Positions 12,201 through 27,200 of a DNA stretch of 64,000 bases are shown one piece after another. Numbering within the stretch: position 1 is the first letter of the stretch; each line of letters opens with the position of its first letter. The stretch comes from Phoronis australis (taxonomy: Eukaryota; Animalia; Phoronida), in NCBI GenBank assembly GCA_002633005.1, contig NMRA01000058.1, positions 696,735 to 760,734 on the forward strand. The letters are read 5' to 3'. The notes beneath the pieces are model-generated. The model was not told the origin of the DNA. It was given only the letters and a program-made list of their open reading frames with translations, and did not search any database. The position numbers were made by a program, and so were the translations under genes.

Positions 12201-15200
12201 ATTTTCCTAGCACCGTTGCAGCTATACACTAACACATTTTAGTTGTAACTCAGATGTGAAATCAACAAATGAAGGAGGAAGTAAGAATGAAACTAATAAA
12301 CACTCCTAGACCTATATAGATTGTAGTGGTTGGTGTCTTTCTACATTATGCTTTGTTCTTGTATCCTTTTTGAATACAGAGGTAATTATCCTAAAAATAA
12401 CCGCTGAAGATAAACAGCCAGAAAGATGATAAATTTGTAAGACCTTAAAAGCTTAGGTTTTGAATGCAAAACCAGGCTATTAAAGCAATCTGTGTGTTGC
12501 AAAGATGCTCCTTATTACATTTGAGTCAAAAACTGTAAATGATCAAAGCAACTGTGCCCTTACTAATTTTCAGGTGATGCCTTTTCAAGAAGACATCAAT
12601 TTTCATCAATTTTTGGAATAACATTTTTTGAAGTAGTTATTTGCTTTTTGCATAGTTACATTTCATACCAAGACGCACAATCACACCCACTCACATACAT
12701 TTGTGTACATGAGAGCTTTTTCTGTCTTTTTAGCTACATTCTGAAAATCATCTTTGTATTCATAGTTAAATGTAAGTTTCCTTTTTAGCCAACAACCTAA
12801 GCACTAACATCTGACAGAAAACTTCCAGTCACATTACATAAAAAAATTTATTTTCTAGGATTTCTCTTTTTACATTACAGATGGTGCAGTTTTCATGGTC
12901 AGTTACATTTATTTTAAACAAGAACAAAGTGGTAGCCAAATTCTTGAGTAGTATGCTATACTGCAATCATGATAATGAAGAGTATAGTGTACGCTTAAGG
13001 ACAATGCTGCCCAATTTAATTAGTCTTTTTTACAGTCTTAATTGGTCTATATCCACATCGCCTCTTATACGGCCGACCTCACCTAGCCGAGAAACGATGC
13101 AGCGACGTCAGTGGTTCTTCTGCAGAGTGAATGTCGCTATATTGCGGTGCATCGTTCCCGCTTGTCCGAACTGTGAAGCTGCGAAGAAAGCAGGTATATT
13201 GTTTTTTCCACTTCCTTGAGAGCCTGAAATGCTTAGGAAGTGGCTCGCGGTAGTGAAGAATGAAAAGTACGCTGTTAACAGCAAATATGAGGCTGTGAAA
13301 CGTCTCCGTGTCTGTGGCCGGCAGTTCGTCGACAGTGATTTCTCTGACGAATTCGGCTTACCAAAGAACTATCCATACGTTCCATTGTCTGTGCATGTTC
13401 ACGGCGTATCTCATAGTATTTCTTGATCAGTGTATTACGGTTCGAACTGATAGCCTGTGAAACCTAACGATCCGACCCGTGAAATCTTCGTCGGATGAGC
13501 TTTCGACTAAGTCGGGATTGGCGCCGGGTGAGTTGCCGCAGGGTGAGTTGCCGCAGGGTGAGTTGCCGTGTAGATGTTTATTATTCTGCGTTCTGTTTCA
13601 GAATGAACTATTCTCACCCTAACCAATGCTTATATAAGTGAAACAAGGTCAACTGTCTCATTAGATTCAATTTGTAATGCCTTTGGAGTATTCGCGAGTG
13701 CAAATGTTTTGAGAAGCCAGCAATGAATAAACCACTAGGTTACCGGCTTTAAATGCAATAAAGGTAACAGACCGAGGCCGTGAGAGCCCATGCTAATTCA
13801 GTGTTTGCTGACAGATGTCTGTTGTGAAACAATAACTCGATTTTATATGCTATGGTCACATGTTAGGGGAACCTTTATTTAGATACACGAATACATTATT
13901 CTAATCATTGTTACTGTACAACCTTTGCCCTGACGGCTCTGTGGAAGGGGAACCTGACTTCGAGCCCCCCCCCCCACTATTGTAGTCTTTTCCTGACTTG
14001 AGGTTTAGCTTCCAACTTGAGCTGGTTTATGTTCGTGATGTCCTGTCCCGGCGGCTGCCATACTGTGAATAATATGCTTACAAGGAAGTCACGCCTTTCT
14101 AAAGATATGCTCGTCCTTCTGATCGGCTTTTGCCAGGATCAAAGAGAACGCGGCGCCAGAGTCAGGTACAGTTGTGATGACCGCATTACCCGATGTGAGC
14201 AAGACCCAATTAAGTGTAATTACCCGATCATAAACTATATTAAACATCTCTGACTGTACATTATGGCGAATTTTCAAAATGCATTAACCACTAATTTTTG
14301 TTAAATACGAACACCACGGCGGTATTCAGCTGGAAAAAAAAAACAAGTAGGGTTTTCGAATTTTTAAAAACCTATGAACTAATAATCTGTAAACTACAAC
14401 CATTGGATATGATGAGATTAACTATAGCATGTATTGATATACTCGGTGGATATACAAACACTGATCAGAGTTAACATGGATTCATTTTTTAATATTCTTT
14501 CGAACTTGTTTAATCAGATTTGGCCAGGAAGCACTTGTATTTAACTTGTGCCCACTTTTCATTTTTTATTACTGACAAAAAGCTAAAATAGTTATATAGT
14601 CAGTGCCACTGAAATTGTCCAAAGATTCCAAATCTTCTGTTCTGGTTATCACCATATTTGCACTTTTGTATATATTTTATGAATTGAGTTCTAATAAAGA
14701 TTAAACTTTAATGACACATAAAATGTTTAGTGTAAGCCTAACTTTAATGTGGAAAGTTCAGGGATGGGCTCACAATGAACTTAACTAGTTTCGCAAGCAA
14801 TCAAAATCTACCACTATTTTGGTACTTCAAGTTTAAAACTAATAGATCAAAAGTTATCAACCCGTTCCCGGTAAGAAAAAAACAAGTGGGCAGAAGCATT
14901 AAAAATTAAATAAAGAAAACCAATATGAAACATGTCGTTCCTTTGGGAAGTGGCCCTTTGTCAAGATAAACGCAAGTTAACCTTTTTAGTCATTTTGTAT
15001 TATTTATAATGTACTAAGTTAGAACTACTCTCTAGAGTTCCAGGCTGTAACTCTGCAAATGTCAGAAGACCCTTTCATACTGACTTAACTCCGGTCTGAG
15101 CGTAGCGTCGACATAAGCAGCGCAGTTAGCTGGACCATTCATACTGGCTTCGGTAGTTAATGAACATCAAAGTAAACGGTTGGCGACACTGTCGTCATCG

Positions 15201-18200
15201 AAGTTATCGCAAGGTAGTGCTGCATGCTAAATTTTTTTCAGTGTGACAATTTGTGAACATTTACGTGTGCTTATTTATTTTTAAATTGATTAATTATTGT
15301 TAGAGCAAAATATAAGCAGCCGTTAGTGGCAGCACTACCCTGTAACTGTTGATGATAACAGTTGCATGTGGCAATATCTTCAATTGGACCAAAGTTACTC
15401 GTTCCTACTGCACCGCAGCGTCGACGCTGCGCTGTTAAATTCACCTTTTACCTGCGATGTTAACTGGAGCTGTTAACTGAGATCCAGGGAGTTAAGTGTT
15501 CATACTGACTGCAACACCTCAAACCATCCAGGTGTCAAGGTTAGTATGAAAGGCTCTAGAGAAAACTAAGTTGGGGCTACTAACAACAACCATTGTTGAG
15601 ACAGTAATTACCTTTCCAGCTCAGATCTACATCAGTGCAAAGGGCGGCTGAATAGGCATTGTAAAAGTTGGGTGGGGCTAAGGGACTCTGAGCAGTGACC
15701 AGTGTAAGCAAGAAATTTTCCAGATGGAAAGGGCCTGATCAGGTTCCCAACCACTGGCAGAGAGTAACAAGCGTTTTGTGTGTTTAGAACTGAAAAAATC
15801 GCAAGTCTAAAAGTAAAACACACAGCTATGTTCCCCGTCTTTATTTCATGGAAGAATGATTCAAATTTATCACCAAACAGATCCAAACTCCCGTGATCGA
15901 CCTTGGCAAATTGGCCTCGTCTACCGAACTCTGTAGTCTAGTACGGTACATTCAAGTACCTATAAATTCGTAACAGTGAAATAAAACAACAAATTTTTTC
16001 AAGAACTCGATGTATTTGTAAGGGTTGTCTATCAAATTGTGATGATTTATTGGTGTAGAATGATGAATTCAAGCGATAAATTGACACCAGTAAGCATGTT
16101 GTGAACGGCTGAACAGACTATGTTCGAACCAATTATGTCATTGGTTAATTTCAACACCTCCATCTGCCGTTAGGTGTCAGGCCAAACAACTGAACTTGCT
16201 GTTAACGAGTGAAACAACTCGATCTAAACTGATACAAAATAGGTTGTTTTTTGGGTGGAATTCTCCTTTAAGGGAATTAAATACTATTTTTTCCATGTAT
16301 TTGTCAGCTATATGGAAGCTTTTGTCTATTATGTGAGGTTGGTGTTATGTCATTTTCACGTAATAGATCATTTATCATTTGACATGTTGAGCTATTATTC
16401 AACAGCATAAGTCATACACTTGGAGGAATGATTGCCCGCCCCCNCCCCCCCCCCCCCGCACATTTGGTGAGCTATTATTCAACAGCATACATACACTTGG
16501 AGGAATGATTGGCCCCACACATTTGTTGAGCTATTATTCAACATCATGCATACAATTTGAGGAATGTTTGGCTCCACACATTTTTGAGACTTTCATTACT
16601 TATGGATGAGGTTCTAAGGCATCTTTTGACCACACTTATTAATTACATATGACATTAAAAGTTCATATTTTTATTAAATTTCTGTTTTAGATTTTCAAAC
16701 CTAAAAAATTATTGTCCAATAAGTCATTTATATAAAATATTCCATTTTCTTCAAAGTTTTCATAATGGATCGATTTATTTCCAGTTAGTAAATCATTGTT
16801 AAACAATAGACTTGCTTGTCATTGAAATACCTTTTTTTTAAGAAGCCACTCCAATGTTTCGAGCAGTCTCTCCAAAAAGGATTATCCATGGGTGCATGGA
16901 AATTTCTTGTCATATCACAGTTTTGCAGACAAATTTGGTTTTAAACCTTTTTTACTCTTTATTAGGGAATGAAAAATTACTTGAAATTAACTTTCAAAAG
17001 CATTTCGTTTTCAAGTGCAAAAGTGTCTCAACCAGTTATCCCACAATTTTGGCGAAAAATTCGAAAGGTACTTGTGATATATATGATGTTTTTCTGACAA
17101 CTTTGTTTCAAAAACCAAAAGGAAAATACTTTTGGTTTTGCAAGATCAATGACGGAATGGAAGTTATGTTTTCAAACTTCTTGTTTTTTGTACTTCAGAT
17201 GTTAGACTCCGATGGTTTCAAATGAGAATTGTACACAGAATTTTAGCAACAAATAACTTTTTAGTGTGAATTAGTATTTCTCCAACTGACCGATGTACCT
17301 TTTGTAGGAATGAACCTGAAAGTTAAGAACATTAAATTTTATTTTGAGGTTGCACTTTTGTTAAGCCTTTTTGGAAAAGAATAGCTGAGTATTATATCCG
17401 CGCAACAAAGTTCGATGTATCGATAGATTTTCAGACTGTTATATTTGGTAAAACAGGAAAAGCGAATGAATTGTTGAATGAATTGTTCTTTTGGCCAAAA
17501 AGCATATGTATTGCAGGAAGCTGAAAGTAGAACCTTTTCAAAAAAGAATTAGAAATTTATTTCACATTCGAAAAATATAATTATTATGCGCCCACATATT
17601 TATATGTGGACGCATTATGCCGTCATCTCTGTCCGTCCGTCCGTCCGTCCGTCCGGCGTCCGCTGCTCTATCTCCAAAACCCTTCGACATACGTTCATGA
17701 AATTTGGCACATATGTTCCATTCATGAATGGGACGGCATGTGCGAACTTTCGGACGGATCCGACTACCGATGTGCCCCCTAGTGGCAATTTTAGTTTTTT
17801 ACGCTTACCTTTGTATCTTCAAAAGTCCTGAACGGATTTTCATGAAATTTGGTATGTAGGCACCTATTAGTGAGATGACGCTATCCTCCTGTTTTCAGAT
17901 GGATTCGACGTAGTTTGCGCCACCTAGTGGCCATTTTTACTGTTTTCGAGTCTGTATTTTTGCGTCCACCCCTCTATCAACCAAACTGCTCAAAGGATGA
18001 TTGTGAAAATTGGCGTGTATGTGCTTACTATAAGGAAGACAGCTGACAATGATTTTCAGACGATTTGGACTACTGTGGCGCCTCCTAGTGGCAGTTTTGT
18101 TTTTTTGCGCCCATGGCTGTATCTCCCAAACCGTTTGCAGGATCTTTACTAAATTTAGCAAGTGTATTTATGTGATGTTGACAACGGACGATGACGACTT

Positions 18201-21200
18201 TAGGATGATTCTGACTACCGGTATGCCTCTTGTGGCAATTTTAGTATTTGCCTCTAGTGGCAATTTTAGTATTTTACATTGACCTCTGTATTTTCATAGG
18301 TCTTCAGGTGTATACTTTGTGTTACTTCGTGACTGTGAAGGAAAAGTTCTAAGTAGAAATTTGTTTCTGGCATTCTAATGCTGTGCTAATCTCGTATGTT
18401 GGTAAATTTGTTTTTAATTCTATGTTTCTGTGGTGCTTTAAGCAAATGGTGTATAGGATGTGCTTGTATTATGAAGATAACTCACATTTTGCCCCTAGCC
18501 TATTGAGGAGACTATGACCATGCCTTTCCATTTTGCAAAGTATGCCCTCTACTGGCCAATTTATGGTACCAATAAACAACCCTAGAAGGATACCGTATGC
18601 GGTGCAATTGTGGGCGCATTTCAACGCTCCGCGTTGCTCTTGTTGTAGAAATGGATTAGGAGACTTATTTCTTCAAAGGTGTTCTGGTTTTTTCCTCTTT
18701 TTAAAGAAATGCAGGTTACGTAGAAATGTACATTTGTGGTTTTGGGTTTGTTAATTGAGCTTTTGGTGAAATGTACATGCATGCATGTGTGATATGTCAT
18801 TGGGGATTTCTGTCTTTGTACTGTGTTATTGTAATAAATGTTAAGAAAGTGTCTTAATGTAGCTGCCACCATAATTAACTGGACATTTAACATTTGTGTT
18901 TGTCTCAGTTTCAAACATTTTGGTCCATATAGAATCTGATAATAACAGCCTTTTATCCATGTTGTTTTTAAAACTGTTGATATTTTTTATATTTGACATC
19001 TTATCTCCACCATCTTCTATTTTTTATTAAAACTTCTTCTTTTTCTGTCAACTTTGTTATTCCAGGTGAATTTTAAAATATTCAAATCCTCTTGGTTTTC
19101 ATCGAGAGGGTAGACTAGAGATGTAAATAAATTATTCATCTTTAGAAAAATATTGTTTTCAAAACTGTAATTCTTCCAAAAACCATTAATTTCCTTGCAG
19201 ACCAGATATTGTGTGTTGTATCTTTTGTTGGAAAATTTCTCCTGTAATTTCTTCTAGGTTTAAGTTTATTCCTAGCATCCAGGAATAAGAATTTATGATC
19301 TATAATTTTTCAATTTCTGATGACCTTGAAACAACTCAATGTATAATGCACATGTGTGGCAGTGCTTAAGAAATTTCCTAGTATTCTACTTCGTTTACAT
19401 TTCCCGTTGTATCTTCAGAGCATTTCTTTGACGGCTTTTCATGAAATCTGGCAAACCAGTTTCTGTTATGATGACAATAGCATCTTTCTGTTTTGGGATG
19501 GATATAGGTATTATCTGCTACTCAGTGGCCATTTTTATTGTTTGTGATTTGTCTGTATTGGCCAGACTGCGTGGACGATCACTATAAAAATTGGCAGATG
19601 TATTCCTACCGACAAAGGGACAACTAAAATGGATTTTGAGATGAGTTCTACTACTCTGGCGCCTCCTGGTGACAATTTTGTATCTGCGGCTGTATCTTCC
19701 AAACCCCCTTGCAAGTTCTGGAAGTGTGGAAAGATGGGTGGGTTAGACTACGGCTGCACCTCCTAATGGCAGTTTGTTCACCTCGTCTAATCCATGATCG
19801 ATTTTCATGAACTTGTAGCAAATAGCTTTCTGTTTGGGAGATGGCGACACATTTCCATTTTGAGATGTGTTTTGACGTATCCTGCGCCATCTTGCGGCCA
19901 TTTTATGATACTATTAAATGATGCTTATTTGATTACCTGAACATTGACTGACAATGGCTGTGAAAATTGAATTCATTTTATCTCGCACTTAATGTAAGGG
20001 GAATAAAAGGTAAATTTTATTCATTTTGGACACAATGTGGTTGACAGGTGAAATTTCATTTTTTATTAATATGCTTAGACCTAAATGGTAGATGGTTCCT
20101 TCCGCTTGACAAGCAAAAGAAGAGTTTGTGCATTCGCATTCAAAGGACATACACTTGCAATTGTACCGTAAAGAGGTGTGAAAAAATCATGAAATTGACA
20201 TGTCTGTTGCTACTCTAGGGAGTACATGACTGACGATGATTTCCAAAGGGATATGACTGCTGTGGCACCATCTTGTTGCAATTTTGTTCTTTGCCTGCAG
20301 TTCAGTTTGGCGTATGTTTCTGTTGGTGAGAGTGGAACTTACATGGATTTTGGGGAAAATCTGACCAATGTGGCAATTTTGTTATTCTTTGCAGTGCTCG
20401 ACACCTAGCTTGACACCAAGTCACATTTGGCTACTTGGCGAAAATCCCAGGTCGCCAAACGAAATCTGAGGTTGCCAAAGCTGATGAAAAACTGACAAAA
20501 AGGTTGTGCACTTGCCCGTTCTCAGAAAGTTACGTGCTCACATAATTATGTATCATTCAATCTCTAACTCAATTTCTCCTGCCAACGAAGAAAGAATGTA
20601 GACGATGGCGTATACTGGCAGCTTGTGTTTCACTGATCTTGCCCGATTTTTGCCAAACAGTTCCAACTTCTGTCTTTTTACTTCCTTTTGTAATTTAAGC
20701 ACGTGTTTAATGTATGCTGACTGCTGTGGTGGCAAATGCACTGATTTCACGAAATAAACGAAACAATTGTGAACCGAAGGTTTTAAATCTACGAAAAATA
20801 TTCCTGGTAATAATTTAAAGTTTGGAAGTCAACGCAAATTTTGAAATGAGGTGGCCAAACACAATCTGAGGTCATATTGGCAACCTGCAGATTGCCAAAT
20901 CGAGTACTGATTTGTGCTTGCCATATCTGTCAAGTTCCTTTATGGGGTGCTCATGATCTGAATTACTATCATGCAGATGACATCACATGCCCTTTTCCAG
21001 ATGCCGATGTTCTCCATGACCTGTTTGATTCATTTTGCCTGTTTAGGTAGGGCATGACACTTTGACTGTTTCCTTTTGAACAAAAGTACCGTATTCGCCG
21101 TAATAACCGCCCATGCTCCTATAAGCGCCCCCCCACGCGTTTTCAGACAGCTGAAATAAGCGTCCAGTCCATGAACGCGTACATGCGAACAATGACGTAC

Positions 21201-24200
21201 CTGTACAGTCCTAAAACTCGGCTACAGTAACGTCTTCAATTTATCAAAACAATTTTTGCACGGGTCTTCTAGACCACCAGCGGCACTGCTACGTTAGCCG
21301 TGACTTTATACTTCAAAGTAACGCAGCGCTTCAAAAAGAACGCAGCAGCGTTGCTACGCTCTGGCGACGACCGTGTCTCTCTATGGTCTGACCTTTCAGT
21401 AGACATATCGACCGTCTCATGAATAAAAATAACTCGGTGTTAAACGCACGTGGCCAGGAAGCGCGCGTTACACACATGAACCTGTCATCAAAGACATTAG
21501 TCAGGAACTATCTATTCATGAAACGGTAGCATAGCATCGATAAGAAATGAATATTGGCACTAATTTCCGACAATTTCTAATACTATAAAATATGTTTGCG
21601 TTATTTTTGAGATGGATTGTTTGATTAACCATAATTGGTGTTTTTAAGCCGAATATCCGATAAAATGGCAACTGACAGTGAATGCTTACACACCCTTTAC
21701 TGAAAAATAACTGTCAGATAGTTCCGTACGCATCCAGCTACACGGCGACTAATATGGGCCTTACCGAGACAAATGTCGAAAGTTTTTAGCACGAGACCGG
21801 CAAGTGCTGAATGAAACACGCTCTGGTTTAGGCCTACTGCTTGTGCAAATTTCTTTAGACACATCTAGCTAGTTAGATTGCGTAGCTCTGGCCAAAAGAC
21901 GGTCTCTGCTTTGGCAAATGAACTCTAGTGACATGCACGCGCTCGCTTACTCGCAGAAGAACTTCAAAACAATAGTCACGTGACAACAACATGTGTGTTT
22001 GTCCAGACATTTTTCTCGCCGTGTTGCCGATCATACATGTAGATGGCACAGATTTGTACTTAAACCTGCCATTAATCCAGACTCCACGGGAATTAAAAAA
22101 ATCTTAGAGACGCTACTTATAAAACTTAATGAGGATTTCATGTAATTTGCTTGAGTCGAAACCATTTTTGTTTAAGCATCGAAGACGGCGATTTCGAGGC
22201 AGTCAGTCGGCGAGTTTTCGCCCTGGGATATCAGCACAATTTTCTGTAAAATGATCATAATTTAGCAGCGAAGTTTGATAGCAATGCACCACAGTTTTGT
22301 TGAAAGTATTTCATAGATTACATATACGTCACAGAGCGTAAATTTGATGAATCTTAGCTTCCGATTTCACCCGTTTTGGAGACCGGGTTTCAACCGCCTT
22401 GGGTTATAATAAGCGCCCCCCCTGAACCGAACTTTTCTAAGCGCCCTGGGCCTGGGCGGTTATTATGGCGAATACGGTATCATTTTTTGTGTGTTCGCTG
22501 TGATATGCACACCCTGTACACTGTCTAAAATTTCAGAGTGTTTGTAAACGCGACCTGTTTGAATTTTTGATTGTGGAGAGCAATGGATGTATCGGACATA
22601 CAGGTACCATATGGCCTGTTTGTGTCCATGTCTTTTGCCTCTATCCTTCCAAATTCTTGAAGAATTGTGATGAATTTTGGCTGGTGTGTTCCTATCGAGG
22701 AGACCATTTATGACTTGCTTTGCTCCCCTTTGAGGCTATTGTTAAGTTAACTAACTTCGTGCCATCATTTGGGAATCAAGACATAATGATTGTTGTTTGT
22801 ATCCGCGCTGAATGTGATGCAGTAGGTGGGTAACATAAGTAAGAATACTTTAATTAAAGTTTGTGTGATGTGATATCTAATCTACGTAGTTCTAGTGTTG
22901 TTTGTAAGATTGATCACCTGTTTTATTAAAGTTTAAATGGTTTAAGAAGTTTTCCTTAGAAATTTGAAACATCTCTGCAACATTAAACATTTGATTGATC
23001 GTTTAAGTGCCATCAATTTCTGTTTTAGGCAGCAATCCTAGTTTTCCTAAAATTTCATTCTTGCGCCAGCTGACGCTGCTGTAATTTCAAGGGACAAAAC
23101 TAGAAAGTAAAACTGCATGCAATATTGATAGCATCTTTAAACTTTAAACTGAATTGAGTGCCTACAACACCCACCATCAAAGGGATCTCGTTTACGTAGC
23201 AGGATATTGGAGTGCTAATTTCTTGTTTCTATTAGAAGCCAGTTGGTCTTTAATTTTGTTGAGTCAGTTGCACTACATTGACCACAGGTTAGTTTGACGA
23301 GCTTAACCTCAAAAAGATGATGCCTAGATAACGTCTACAGAAGCTGCTGACAGTGAGAATTCTGACACACGAAGGATGCATGTTGACCAATTAGTGATTG
23401 AGATGACAAGTTATTAAGATACATCTGGAGCGGCCAATGACGTTCATTCATTAAAAAGAATCCTTGTCAGTTTTAAAATACCATTCGTGGAGTAGAAGTC
23501 TGAAGAAGTCATCTGTGTCTTATGAAAGATTACTTGGCCACCCAGATTCCTACAATTTGTGACATTGTAAGTGTGTGGTGATCTTCAGATCACATGCCTG
23601 TGCTGGAAGCTGATGTTTATATGACCACGAAGAAAGAAAAGAAGAAAACTTGGTCCTAGTTTCTTGCAACTTAAGAAAAAGACTGATAATTATCTGTCTC
23701 TGTTAGACTATGGAGTTTAATCAGTCATTACCCAACGAGTCCTTGGGTGGCATGGCTTTTGAACTTGATGGCAACTTTTCGCTTTTAGACACTTTAGACA
23801 ACGTCTCCACAGTAATTTTGAATACAAGTAATTTTACCACACCTCGTGTTGATGTTTCAAAAGATTTGAGAATTGTTATAGCTCGTAACATTCGTAAACT
23901 TGCCGTTCCTATCCTTATGGTAATTTCATTTATTGGGAACATGTTGTCTTTGTGTGTCTTCTCACGGAAGACTTTCCGACATACCTCGTGCGGTGTTTAC
24001 TTCATGAATTTGGCTGTTTTTGATTTTTTGTCAATTTCATTCCACTTGATTGTCAATTATATCGGTAATGACTATCCGTTAGTTACCAACAATGAAGTCA
24101 TGTGTGTCATTTTGCGTATGTGCTATCAAAATACTCGCAGAATCTCCAACTGGACCTTAGTGGCATTGACGGTGGACAGATTTATTGCCATTGGATTTCC

Positions 24201-27200
24201 CATTCACACGGCCCGGTTGTGTAGCCCACGGAGAGCAGTCGTGACCATCGTTGCGATTATCATTAGCTTTACCATTCTCGGTCTGGACAATGTATGGTTT
24301 GTATCCGTTAACAATGGTTTATGCGTGTCGTTCAATCTACAGTATGCAAACATCATTGACAAGTATGTGTACTTTGAAAGTTTTTTGGCTACTTTCCCTG
24401 GTGTCATCATCCTTGTGCTGAATGTTGCCATTATCTACACATTGCGTCACAGAGTCATTGAAGGTACAGGCAGCCTGCGTGTTTCTTCTGCTGCCAGAGT
24501 GGAACGGAAGATGACCAAAATGCTGCTGTCTGTGTCCTTCTTTTTTCTGATCACCTACCTTCCGATTGTCGTTCTCCGTACAATGGCTACAGTTGGAACC
24601 GTATGCACATTTCCCATTGGTAGGAAACCAAATTGTTACCTGACGATGGTGATTCTTGCGACTGTAATGATGATGAATTATTCGTTTAACTTCTTTCTGT
24701 ATTGCATCCGCGGCTCAAAGTTCAGAAAAGAATTAAGAAGACTTCTGTGCTGTTGCCCAAGACAAGCCCAACCGTTGCAGAAGACTGAAGCTAGCACCAC
24801 TACCAGCAACAGCAGCAGTCATGCTACCCTGTCACCATCTGTCTCATCTTTGTCTACTAACTTGTAATAAAAGTCACTGAATTTGAAACATAAAAGGCTA
24901 TTTAGCCATTGAGTTGCGTCTAACACTTATGTATGTTGTTTCATGAGAAAAATAAAATCTTAACTAAAAAAATTTGAACTTTCATCAATTCATTTGAAAT
25001 CTATGAAGATTAGAGATTGTTCTGAAGTGGGGAGTTATTGCATTGGTATAGTTTTTTTAGTGTTCTGTATGCCAAGTTCCAGAGACAAACAACATGGTTG
25101 AACAAACTGGAACTCATTGTTATATTTGTATCCTTAAATCATGTTGAATTAACCTAAACCTGCTTTAAACCATCTTCTGGTGTTGAAAAACAGCAACTTT
25201 TTTGGACTTGCACCTGTTCTATAGAGATGTTAACGTGTGCATATCCTTCCTAATGACTTGAAATTGGTTATGATCCCCTGTCGGCCATGTTTCATTTTCG
25301 GCTGAAACGTGCCTGCCATGACGAGTGACTCAATGTGCCTACTCTGTAGCAATGACAGTGTATCAGTTCTTCTCAGTTGTAGAAATAATTTCAAATACAA
25401 GTAAGGATTAAGACGAGATCTGAGTTTTATTTAAGAGTATGTGACCTAAATCAAAGTTTGATTTCGACAAAATACACACGTTTATTGCGCCTGGAAAGCA
25501 CATTGTGCAAACATCTATTACATTTATCCGAACAAGTCTAATTGTGGGTATTTTTAAAGTTGCATTTCACAAAAAACTAATCTCAAATAAAGGAATATTA
25601 TGTGGCTGATTTTATGAGAGTAGAAAGACTAGTTTGGGTGAAATACAAGAGCCTGGAATTTTCTTCTTTTAGTAAGACTTTCTCTCTTTTTTGGTTTTGA
25701 TTTTCTCTCTTTTGGTTTTGATTTCCTCGTATTTGATTTCCAGTTTCCTTTTTTGTCTCTTTTTATCGTTATTTGTTTCAGTTAAATTTTACAACACATA
25801 AAATATATCACACAAGCCTATATATTTGTGGAATTCTCCACATTTTTGTCATTGATCATTCCAAGTCCTGAGCTTTGAACAGCTTGACAGAAAACATGAA
25901 ATTATTTTTCCTCACTAAAACATTTTCATCATTTGAGTTTCCACAATGTGTCATTTACTAACCAGTTTTGACAAATTTGAGATTATGGTGAAAACTAGTT
26001 TTTAATTATTATATACTAAAGTTTCAGAAAAAAATTCAAGTTTTGTTGAGAGTGAAGATTGATTGTGAAGTTACAATTTGCTCGTGAACCTCACAAATTT
26101 TTACAGTAATATATGAAAGTTCAAAGCTTTGGTATTAGGTTGTTACCTTCAAACTTTACTTGCTAGTGTTTTTTATGTGAATATGTTTGAGGCCAGTTCA
26201 GAAATAAAAGTGAGCTATTAATTTTATCATCTATTCAGTTGTTCTTTTCCAGTGTACTATGTAGTTCACAGTGAGATATCAGTGTTCTCCACATCTGAAA
26301 ATCTAAACAGGTCGCATGCGTAAAAACTGCAACGTACCGGAACCGCGCGGCGGTCAACGTTCTCCATAAGCTAGTGTGCACCTTATTTTTACCCACGAAT
26401 TTTAATAGTAATGCACAGTAGTGCAACCAAATAACTATTTATTCAACTTTTTATTCATTTGTATTGCTGATGTCTGACGTTGTTGACAAAAATTCGGTTC
26501 GTACCGTTCGTGACACGGATATTTGTGATTTCTTGACCGAGCCCGGCAATATCACCACCATCCGATCCTGGATTATCTGTCGTATCTACATCTGAGTCAA
26601 CGCCAGTATCTGAAACATCTCTCGGTTTTTAAAATAATCCTTAGGCTTAGCGGTCCTTCGTCCTTCGCCTTCCCGCGGCAGACGACATTTCTAAGTATGT
26701 AGAATGCGCTGTCAATCTGTAACGGAAGCCAGGATAGAATTCACTAATGTAAGGACCATGCGAGGTAAACAAGACTGTGAGATTACGCGAGATATTACCG
26801 TGTGACTTCAATGAGAGCGCATGATTTTGGCTACAATTTCTCAGCGCGAGACATATATTTTGAACTTTACTTAGTGACGTCATCCGCAGTCCCAAATCTC
26901 GGAATACTCCCTCGAAATCTCAGATGTCACGCACGGCCACCGAAGTTGAGTTAGCAAACGCTTGTCAGATTTTTAGAGGGAGTATGCGCCACAGGTGTAA
27001 TGTTCATGCTGCCTACGAAACTCCTTATAAGGCAACGAGGTGAACTCAGTCAATCTCAATGGTCTGTGGCACCAAAAGTAACCAATAATATTCATCTACG
27101 TGAGAAATACACAAACAACAACCAATGAGAACCATCAAAAGTAGTTTCATGCAAATGTTTGTTGAGACTGGTAGCGGTAAAGTCTGTCGTGTGGCCCACT

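Noticed and set aside
23721-24431. Antisense ORFs over the GPCR
   Set aside because: Short shadow ORFs of the coding strand
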